From a virus: a DNA stretch of 64,000 nucleotides. The translations under genes and the position numbers were made by a program. Location of the stretch: IMG/VR virus record IMGVR_UViG_3300032268_000973, positions 64,001-128,000 of that record, one strand, 5' to 3'. Positions within the stretch are counted from its first letter, which is position 1; each line of letters starts with the position of its first letter. Shown here piece by piece: positions 30,924-38,889 of this stretch. The notes below the pieces were generated by a model, which was not told where the DNA came from, made no database searches, and saw only the letters and a program-made list of their open reading frames with translations.

Positions 30924-33073
30924 TTGGTTGTTTCTTTGTAATAATCGTAAGTTAATTTTAACCCATCATAAAGGGAACGCTTTGGCATTATATTATATTT
31001 TTTTTGAATACTTGTATCCATCAATCTCCTCAAATCTCCATTAGGCTTGGAGTCATCCCAAGTAATTTCAATTTGCTTTCCACTTATTTTAACAATCTCT
31101 TCAACTAATTGTTTTATTGTGACCTCTAAGCCAGATCCAAAATTTGTGATGGTATGAATCCCATCTTCAAATAGTTTTATAATCCCATCTGCAACATCTC
31201 CAGCGTAAACAAAATCTCTAATAGGAGACCCATCCCCCCAACATTCTATAACCCCATCAGATTCGAATACTTTCTTTATTGTAGATGAAATTACAGTGCC
31301 ATTACCACTAAAGTCATCATATTCACCATATATGTTTGCAGGTCTAATAATTGACCATTTGGAATATGATTCTTGAATCTTATACGCTTCTAATAAAAGT
31401 TCTCCAGCCCTTTTTGACCAAGATGGAAACCAATCAGAAGATGATGGTAAAGTTTTCCAAACATCTTCTTCTATAAATTTTTCTGAAGGTGAATATACCC
31501 CTACAGAACTCATAAAAATCAAATATATTTTTCTTTTTGCACATTGATTTATAATCTCTGTATTAATTTTGAAAGATGGATATAAGAAATCTACAGGTTT
31601 TTCCTTGGCTCGTAATGGAGAACCTTTGACCCCGAAACAGTTGAAAACGGCATCTGGCTTTTCAAACTCAAACAAATTCCTTACGTTATCTTCTTTTGTC
31701 AAATCCATTTGAATGTATTTGAAATAGTATGAATTTTCTTCGGCAAAACTTTTGGGAGGATTGATATCACACCCAATAACATAATAACCTTTCTCAATGC
31801 ATTTTCTTGTTAGATGAGTCCCAACTAAACCCGAAGATCCTGTAATCAATATTTTTTTCATTTTAATTTTATTTAAAACCTTTTTAAACAAGTCGTCTTT
31901 CGAATATTCTAAAAATTTATTTCTGTTATATTCGATTTTATCTATATTTTTTTTATACCAATCTATAATGTATTCTCTACCTAAACTGTGAATTCTAGAA
32001 ATTTCACTGAATACCCTATTCAGTCTTCTTTGAGGATCAAAGATATCATCAAATGAATAATTTATCAAATCGTCATAAAGTTCAAACCCCAATTCTTTGA
32101 GTTTCAAATGAGAATGATAATCGCCAACAATTATAAATGGATGACAATTAGCTATTGGTTTGAAAGTTTTTTCTGTCAGGGTCAAGCTCTCATAGTCAAA
32201 AGATGTTTCGGTAACTATGGAAAATAAAGTTGTTGAGTAGTGGTCGGAGGTAGTGAATTTAGTATCTGTAAATTTAGTATGTTCTTCTGATTGATCCTCA
32301 ATATCCCAATCCAATACTTTGACTGGTAGATTATTAAAATCATCAGTGTAATGAGATAGGTCACATATTTCAGTGTATTCTGAATTAAACCATATATTTT
32401 TCCTATCCGATTCAGTCAAAGTTGGTTTTACCAACAAAGAATAAAGTGTATCATTGATAAGTTTTGTTTTCAACAACCACAGTATAAAATATATTCTAAC
32501 TTCTCTAGTAACGTTTTTATTGTAAGATAAAAAAAACTTTTCTTTATCTGTTGTAATATATTTTTCAGTTGTTGACAATTCAACCTTATAATTGTGAACA
32601 AAAAAATCGTTATCCTTTATTTGATTATAATTTCGAGACAAATCAAAAAGTAGGAATGGTTCTGATATTATAGTTAATTCATCTTCGAATCCCCTTTTAT
32701 AAAAATTAGGGGTAATGACTATAACTTGATATTTTTTAAGTCTAAATTCTTTTTTTAGCTCGACTATTACACTATAAAAATCGTTCATGTATAGCCCTTC
32801 GTATATATTCGAAAAGACTACTTTGATATTTGGTTTGTTTGATATTTTTTTGAAAACGTTTCTGAAATATTCGATATTATTGTTGATATACGCACCTCCT
32901 TGAGGAATATTGTTAGACGAGAATAACCATACGATTTCGTCATCATCAGTTAATTCATATATTCTATTCCTTAATCCATAAATTTCATCTAATTCGGCAA
33001 TCTTACACCAGCCTTTAGGACCATTTGGTATTTGTACTCCTTCGATTGGGGCATTTTCGTAAAAGAATTTCAT
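30920..33073 (-). CDS. Fusion: 'TEK..KP' GT-like domain plus GDP-fucose-synthase-like reductase
   Basis: N-terminal half has SIVTET...LTEKTFKP...PFIIVG. An in-frame Met405 (nt 31861) begins MKKILITGSSGLVG...RPANIYGEYD...WGDGSPIRDF. Confidence 0.7.
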   Translation of the reverse strand: MKFFYENAPIEGVQIPNGPKGWCKIAELDEIYGLRNRIYELTDDDEIVWLFSSNNIPQGGAYINNNIEYFRNVFKKISNKPNIKVVFSNIYEGLYMNDFYSVIVELKKEFRLKKYQVIVITPNFYKRGFEDELTIISEPFLLFDLSRNYNQIKDNDFFVHNYKVELSTTEKYITTDKEKFFLSYNKNVTREVRIYFILWLLKTKLINDTLYSLLVKPTLTESDRKNIWFNSEYTEICDLSHYTDDFNNLPVKVLDWDIEDQSEEHTKFTDTKFTTSDHYSTTLFSIVTETSFDYESLTLTEKTFKPIANCHPFIIVGDYHSHLKLKELGFELYDDLINYSFDDIFDPQRRLNRVFSEISRIHSLGREYIIDWYKKNIDKIEYNRNKFLEYSKDDLFKKVLNKIKMKKILITGSSGLVGTHLTRKCIEKGYYVIGCDINPPKSFAEENSYYFKYIQMDLTKEDNVRNLFEFEKPDAVFNCFGVKGSPLRAKEKPVDFLYPSFKINTEIINQCAKRKIYLIFMSSVGVYSPSEKFIEEDVWKTLPSSSDWFPSWSKRAGELLLEAYKIQESYSKWSIIRPANIYGEYDDFSGNGTVISSTIKKVFESDGVIECWGDGSPIRDFVYAGDVADGIIKLFEDGIHTITNFGSGLEVTIKQLVEEIVKISGKQIEITWDDSKPNGDLRRLMDTSIQKKYNIMPKRSLYDGLKLTYDYYKETTK

Positions 33074-34320
33074 ATGAGGACTTTTTGTTTACATAAAGAT
33101 AAGAAAAAATTGTCTACTTGTCTTTTGTTCTTATAATCTCTGATGTAATTGTGATTGTGAATCAACTTATCTACATTTTTTTTGTAAAAATTTTTTATTT
33201 CTTCTTTTTTCTCTGACAGTCGTTTTATTTCTTTAACGACCAATTGAAGTCTCTTCATTGTGTTTTTTTCAAAATCATAAGAATGATCTATCAATTCATC
33301 GAAAAGAAACAAATCATGTTCTTTCCTGAAATACTCTACGTGTTTGTGTGACGCAACAAAAATAGGTAATTGAAAATAATAAAATGGTTTAAATGATTTC
33401 TCACTTATATGAATATTTTCTACACCAAAATGAGACTCAGTTATAATGTTAATGTAACTTTGTTGATGACTTTCCGATGAAATATGATTATTTGCGTTAT
33501 AATTTCTGTGGTCATCAAACCAAGTTACTTCTTGTTCATAAAATGATAATTTTCTATTTTTTATTATTTTATCACAAGAACTTATGAATTCGGTTGTGTC
33601 CAATATTTCATCATATTCAAAATTTTCTGATCCCATATTGTAATCATTATTGATACCATAAGTGAATGACCAATCGATAATTTCTGTATTATCTAATAAT
33701 CCTTCCATATCCAACAATGTTAACAGAGCAATTCTGTGGGGTTTAGGTCTACGGTTATGACATAAAAAAGTAAATTTTTTTTCAAAATTGATATCATTGT
33801 AGTCAAATTTGACATTGATATACTTACTCACTAATTCTAGTAAGTAATTAGTTTTGAAAACATTTAAATTTGACGGATATTTGCTTTTAGCTTCATAAAT
33901 TTGTGATGAATTATTCACCAAATAAAAAAGGGATTCTTCAAGATTTTTCCTTCGGATAGTCATAACTAACTTGTTGTAATGATCTTGGATGTCTTTGAAA
34001 CTTTCATGCTCATTGAAAAAAATTACCTTAAGATTTTTGAATCTTATCAAATTTTCTACTTCTTCAGATATTTCCCAATTTTTTCCGTCATATAAGTTCT
34101 CATAAGTGCAATTATGATTTATGAAATAATAAAAAAATTCCTCTGTGGTTACCTCAGAAGGTTTACACATTCTTAACTTTATTTCGGGGGGAGTAAGATT
34201 TAAAAGTGTGGTAGGCATAATCATATACTCTCCCTCCAACCTTCGGTTAAGTTGAATTAAATTCGGGAGTGGTTTCTCATCATCCCATTCGTCGAATACT
34301 AAATTTAAAATATGACCCAT
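33070..34320 (-). CDS. Putative GT-B glycosyltransferase ('TEK..KP' family)
   Basis: Start placed at ATG 34320. FLCHNRRPKPHR, NIITES...ISEKSFKP. Confidence 0.45.
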   Translation of the reverse strand: MGHILNLVFDEWDDEKPLPNLIQLNRRLEGEYMIMPTTLLNLTPPEIKLRMCKPSEVTTEEFFYYFINHNCTYENLYDGKNWEISEEVENLIRFKNLKVIFFNEHESFKDIQDHYNKLVMTIRRKNLEESLFYLVNNSSQIYEAKSKYPSNLNVFKTNYLLELVSKYINVKFDYNDINFEKKFTFLCHNRRPKPHRIALLTLLDMEGLLDNTEIIDWSFTYGINNDYNMGSENFEYDEILDTTEFISSCDKIIKNRKLSFYEQEVTWFDDHRNYNANNHISSESHQQSYINIITESHFGVENIHISEKSFKPFYYFQLPIFVASHKHVEYFRKEHDLFLFDELIDHSYDFEKNTMKRLQLVVKEIKRLSEKKEEIKNFYKKNVDKLIHNHNYIRDYKNKRQVDNFFLSLCKQKVLI

Positions 34321-34934
34321 TTTCCAGTTCCGTAGTGAGGCCAAACTTTTGAATATTCGTAATAAACTACGTCATCAGGAATATTGGATTTAACACCCCA
34401 AGTCTCAATAGTTGGGGTGTTAGTTGATACTCCATTGTCTTCAACAACAAATGTGATTGGCAAATCAAAGTTTTTGGAATACTTGTAATTTTCCATAAAT
34501 CCACCAGTTTCGAATGACATATCTCCGACAAAACACCAAACCCGACCATCAATATTATCTTTTTTCAATGCCATTGCAACTCCGACAGCAATTGGAATAG
34601 TTCCACCGACTATTGCAGAGGAATAAAAGTTTTCGTTTTTATTCACTAAAGTTATCGATCTTCCTTCAAGAATTTCCGATTCTAACCATTCTTCAGAAAT
34701 TCCCTTCAATAATGCATGATAGTGGGATCTCCAAGTTGAAAATACCCAATCATTTTTTTTGATCCGTTTGAAAATTTCAATCAAGGGGTCTTCATTTCCA
34801 CCACTTAGGTGAATTGGACCTCTAATTTTACCTCCCTCCCAAGAATCGGCAATTTTTCTTTCGAAACCGATTAAGTCCTCTTTCGTAAAGTTATGGTCAT
34901 TGACTATTGGAAATTTTTCTAAATTTTTTATCAT
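34305..34934 (-). CDS. Minimal TPP-dependent E1-alpha-like subunit
   Basis: HLSGGNE, STWRSHYHAL, IPIAVGVA and the TPP motif GDMS...EDN; 209 aa. Confidence 0.8.
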   Translation of the reverse strand: MIKNLEKFPIVNDHNFTKEDLIGFERKIADSWEGGKIRGPIHLSGGNEDPLIEIFKRIKKNDWVFSTWRSHYHALLKGISEEWLESEILEGRSITLVNKNENFYSSAIVGGTIPIAVGVAMALKKDNIDGRVWCFVGDMSFETGGFMENYKYSKNFDLPITFVVEDNGVSTNTPTIETWGVKSNIPDDVVYYEYSKVWPHYGTGKWVIF

Positions 34935-35476
34935 CTGTCTCTTTTTTGTAAAATTGGTTTATCAGTTGGCCATTCCATTTGATACTCGGGATCGTTCCAT
35001 TTTACAACTCCTTGTTCATCAGCATCGACGTATCCATCCTTGTAAAACAAATTGTAATGGAACATACAATCTGTTAATGCGAAATGACCGTTCGCAAATC
35101 CTGGTGGAACCAATACTTGGTTTCTAAGACTCTCAGTAATTATGAAACTTTCCCAATCCCCAAAGGTAGGAGAATCTTGTCTCATATCCAAAACTACTAA
35201 GTATATGTCCCCCACTGCGGCTTGAACTAATTTCCAAGTTTTATTATCCCAGTGTAATCCTCTCAAAACTCCTTTATAGGATCTCGAGAATCTTCCATGA
35301 ATCGAAAGTTCATTTTTATCATAATGAATATGATTCATTACAGGATGTTCCTCGGTATGAAAAGTTGTCCATATTTCTCCTCTGTATTCTCTGAAGACAG
35401 AAGGTTGAAAAACTGGTACTTCATACCCAAATTTTTTTGATGGGGTGACGATAAACTCGTCCCATTTGTTATTCAT
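34931..35476 (-). CDS. rmlC: dTDP-4-dehydrorhamnose 3,5-epimerase family (RmlC-like cupin)
   Basis: EYRG, VLRGLHW, LVVLDMR..SPTFG.W, VPPGFANG and WNDP....WP. Confidence 0.8.
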   Translation of the reverse strand: MNNKWDEFIVTPSKKFGYEVPVFQPSVFREYRGEIWTTFHTEEHPVMNHIHYDKNELSIHGRFSRSYKGVLRGLHWDNKTWKLVQAAVGDIYLVVLDMRQDSPTFGDWESFIITESLRNQVLVPPGFANGHFALTDCMFHYNLFYKDGYVDADEQGVVKWNDPEYQMEWPTDKPILQKRDR

Positions 35477-35488
35477 ATAAAGTATTAC

Positions 35489-36460
35489 TTATGTGTTGTT
35501 AGCGTATCCTAAAGGAAATCCGTTTCGAAACTCAGAAATCATTTTTGGTAAAAGCATTTGATATGTTTTTATAAGTTCCCCAATCCCTTCGTTGAGAGAA
35601 TACTCGGGGGACCATCCAGCACTTTCAATTTTTTTATTCGAAACAATGTAGTCTCTCTTATCGGGATCCTCGTAATAATCGGAATAAGAAATTGAGAAAT
35701 CTGGAATGTGTTGTTTGATTATCTGTAATAACTCTTGTTTATTGAGATTAGCATCACTCAAACCAACATTATAAATGTTTTTTTTCATCTTTTCATAGTT
35801 CTCCAATGAGAATAAAAAAACGTTGGCAACATCTTGAATGTGTATAAAATTTCGTTTGAAATGCTTCTCAAAAACAACGATATACTTATCAGTCATTGCC
35901 TTGTAAACAAATTCGTTGACCAATAAATCCGTTCTCATCCTTGGGGAAGATCCGAATACAGTTGCTAGTCTGAAACAAATTGCATCTGTATTTTCCATCA
36001 ACAAATTTTCAGCGGCACACTTAGATTCACCATAAACAGAAATAGGGTTCAAAGGGGAATCTTCGGTGCATTCTGAACTATCCGATCCAATACCGTATCC
36101 ACTATTAGTGTTAGGGAAAAGAATTTTTTTACCTTTATTTTTTGTGAATTCAACAATATTGACAATCTGTTTATAATTTATGTCCCAAGCTGAAATAGGA
36201 TCAGAAGAACAAGCAGGAAATCCCACTAATGCGGCTAATGGAATGATTACCTCATTCTCGTCGCATAATTTTTCTAATAGCTTAACATTTCTAACATCTC
36301 CGTAAACAAAGTTGAAATTTTTATTTGTGACTTGTGGAAGAAGTGAAATTTGATTAAAAATTAACTTATCCAGTACAGTTACTTTATGGCCTTTAGATAA
36401 TAACCTTTCAGTTAGAACCGATCCAAGATAACCTGCACCCCCTGTTATTAGTATTTTCAT
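35489..36460 (-). CDS. NAD-dependent NDP-sugar epimerase/dehydratase
   Basis: GGAGYLG, YGESK, FRLATVFG.SPRMR.DLLVN. Confidence 0.85.
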   Translation of the reverse strand: MKILITGGAGYLGSVLTERLLSKGHKVTVLDKLIFNQISLLPQVTNKNFNFVYGDVRNVKLLEKLCDENEVIIPLAALVGFPACSSDPISAWDINYKQIVNIVEFTKNKGKKILFPNTNSGYGIGSDSSECTEDSPLNPISVYGESKCAAENLLMENTDAICFRLATVFGSSPRMRTDLLVNEFVYKAMTDKYIVVFEKHFKRNFIHIQDVANVFLFSLENYEKMKKNIYNVGLSDANLNKQELLQIIKQHIPDFSISYSDYYEDPDKRDYIVSNKKIESAGWSPEYSLNEGIGELIKTYQMLLPKMISEFRNGFPLGYANNT

Positions 36461-36540
36461 TCTGAAATAATGATTAAATTATCCCGAAAGTCAATTTTTT
36501 TTTCTGAAAAATTGATTATTCTTATAATAGAAGTTTAGAG

Positions 36541-38208
36541 ATGAATATACTTGGAATATCTGCATTTTATCACGATTCATCCGCGTGTCTTTTTAAGGAC
36601 GGGGAATTGGTATTTGCTTGCGAAGAAGAGAAATTTACAGGAATCAAACACGACAGTTCTTTCCCTAGTCAAACTATAAATTACATCTTGGATCATTATG
36701 GGATCAGTTATGATGACATCGATGTTGTGTGTTATTATGAGGACTTAGACTTGAAATTCAAAAGGATCATAGCAAACTTCAAACGAAATTTTTTTAAATC
36801 TCCGAAATATTGTTTTAGATCAATATTCAAATTTTTGGAGACTAAGAAAAAGTTGAAAAAATTCTTAGAACCTTTTAAAGGGAGAATATTTTTTTCTGAA
36901 CATCATTCATCTCACCAGTATTATTCTTTCTTTTCTTCTGAATTCGAGAAGGCAATTTGTTTATCTATTGATGGTGTTGGCGAAATTGATACCTTAACCT
37001 TTGGAGTTGCAAATGGTGAAAATATTTCATACCACAGTTTAGGACAATATCCTCATTCTTTAGGATTATACTATTCGTGTATGACATCGTTCTTGGGATT
37101 TAAACCAAATGAAGGAGAATATAAATTGATGGGTCTAGCTCCATACGGTGATCCTACTTTGTATATAGAAAAAATACGGGAATTGATATCGTTTAAAAAT
37201 GGGGAATTAATTTGTAACATGAATTTATTTTCTTGGGATCAATCGGATAAGTTAATGTTTGGGGAAAAACTTATGGAACACTTATCTATGACACCAAGAA
37301 TGACGGAAGAAGCTATAACACAAGATCACAAAAATTTGGCAGCCTCGGTTCAACTTAGATATGAAGAAGTTTTGTTTGATGTAATTGAACACCTTGAAGT
37401 ATTAGGGTGTCAAAATCTTTGTTTAGGTGGTGGATCTGCATATAACGGAACTGCAAATGGTAAAATAACTTCTAACTCTCTTATCGATAAAATTTGGATT
37501 CCACCTGCACCTTCAGATGCAGGTTCCTGTATAGGGGCTGTTTTGAATTATTTGGTGAATAATAAGATAGTAACAAACAGATTATATAAGAGTCCTTTTC
37601 TTGGACCTAAATACGAATCAGAAATTTTTGTAAAAGGATTAAAGAATTATGAAGTAGAAGAAATTGAGTCCTCACAAAAATTATTCGAAATAGTTGCGAA
37701 AGAAATTTATGAAGGGAAAATTATCGGGTGGTATCGAGACAGAATCGAGTTTGGAGCACGAGCTTTAGGAAACCGATCTATATTAGCGGACCCAACGAGG
37801 TCTGATATGAAATCAAGGATAAACAAAGTAATAAAGAAGAGAGAGGGGTTCAGGCCATTTGCTCCAATGGTTATACAAGAAAAGCAAAAGAAATATTTTG
37901 ATGTAATTGATGATGTACCCTATATGAACCAAATTGTGAAAGTTAAGAAAAAATACTCAAAAAAATTAAGTGCGGTAGTCCATGTTGATGGAACCTCTCG
38001 GATTCAAACTGTGTATAAAGATAATTCAGTTTACAATTTACTCACTGAATTCGAAAAACTTAGTGGAGTACCAGTACTACTCAATACATCATTTAATGTA
38101 AAAGATAAAACTATGGTTTTAACCCCCCAAGACGCTATTGATACATTCGAAGACACGGAATTGGATTTATTAATAATTGATAATTATATTATAAAGAAAC
38201 GTTTATGA
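36541..38208 (+). CDS. Carbamoyltransferase (NodU/CmcH/TobZ family)
   Basis: ILGISAFYHDSSA, EEKF...KH, EHH.SH, DGVGE, SLGLYY, EGEYKLMGLA.YG, EFGARALGNRSILADP, KKREGFRPFAP, VHVDGTSRIQTV and LLNTSFN. Confidence 0.95.
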   Translation: MNILGISAFYHDSSACLFKDGELVFACEEEKFTGIKHDSSFPSQTINYILDHYGISYDDIDVVCYYEDLDLKFKRIIANFKRNFFKSPKYCFRSIFKFLETKKKLKKFLEPFKGRIFFSEHHSSHQYYSFFSSEFEKAICLSIDGVGEIDTLTFGVANGENISYHSLGQYPHSLGLYYSCMTSFLGFKPNEGEYKLMGLAPYGDPTLYIEKIRELISFKNGELICNMNLFSWDQSDKLMFGEKLMEHLSMTPRMTEEAITQDHKNLAASVQLRYEEVLFDVIEHLEVLGCQNLCLGGGSAYNGTANGKITSNSLIDKIWIPPAPSDAGSCIGAVLNYLVNNKIVTNRLYKSPFLGPKYESEIFVKGLKNYEVEEIESSQKLFEIVAKEIYEGKIIGWYRDRIEFGARALGNRSILADPTRSDMKSRINKVIKKREGFRPFAPMVIQEKQKKYFDVIDDVPYMNQIVKVKKKYSKKLSAVVHVDGTSRIQTVYKDNSVYNLLTEFEKLSGVPVLLNTSFNVKDKTMVLTPQDAIDTFEDTELDLLIIDNYIIKKRL

Positions 38209-38321
38209 AAAAGTTAATTTTATGGATCAAAAGTAAAATTTCTGATTACAAAAGAAAAAAAAGATTTAAGAAAAAAATCGAAGAATTGAGGAAAAGAGAC
38301 CCATTTATCTACAATCATTAA
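38205..38321 (+). CDS. 38-aa basic peptide ending RDPFIYNH (not in ORF track)
   Basis: ATGA overlap with the carbamoyltransferase stop. MKKLILWIKSKISDYKRKKRFKKKIEELRKRDPFIYNH. Confidence 0.6.
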   Translation: MKKLILWIKSKISDYKRKKRFKKKIEELRKRDPFIYNH

Positions 38322-38326
38322 TTTTT

Positions 38327-38821
38327 ATGAGTCAAGTTTTTTTCACAGATAACGAATGTGATGAGATAATTTCATTATCAACCAAATTAAAAACCCATCA
38401 TTCGAGTGAATGGTGGATGGGGGACAAAACGAGTTATTTTGCTTGGCACATAGAAAAAAATGAGGAAACAAAATGGATATTCGATAGACTTACATTATTT
38501 TTATCTAAAAATACCAATTTCAAACTATTAAAAGATATTGATATGATTCATTTACAAAATGTAAAACAGGGTCATGGGTTCGAACCACATATTGATAAAC
38601 ATAGTGAGTATAACATTGGAGTTTGTTTGAATATCGATTATGAGGGGGGAGAACTGATATGTCATGATTATAAATTATATATCCCCAAAATAAAAGGGCT
38701 TATCTATTCCTTTTATGGAACTCAGTTACATGAAGTAAAGAAAGTTTTATCAGGAGAACGGTGGTCGTTGATCGCATTTCTCGACAATACTATTATTGAA
38801 AGAAAAAAAGGTCTTATTTGA
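38327..38821 (+). CDS. Fe(II)/2OG oxygenase (prolyl-hydroxylase-like)
   Basis: FEPHID (HxD), YEGGEL, HEVKKVLSGERWSL. Confidence 0.8.
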   Translation: MSQVFFTDNECDEIISLSTKLKTHHSSEWWMGDKTSYFAWHIEKNEETKWIFDRLTLFLSKNTNFKLLKDIDMIHLQNVKQGHGFEPHIDKHSEYNIGVCLNIDYEGGELICHDYKLYIPKIKGLIYSFYGTQLHEVKKVLSGERWSLIAFLDNTIIERKKGLI

Positions 38822-38869
38822 CCATAACAATTATCAAATATCAAACAACGGGGATTAAATCTTTCCAGA

Positions 38870-38877
38870 TATTTATC
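38870..38877 (+). promoter_or_regulatory. Candidate late-promoter motif TATTTATC
   Basis: 12 nt upstream of the Hint polyprotein ATG; same core as 2024, 6659 and 54188. Confidence 0.35.
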
Positions 38878-38889
38878 TAAAAAAACATA

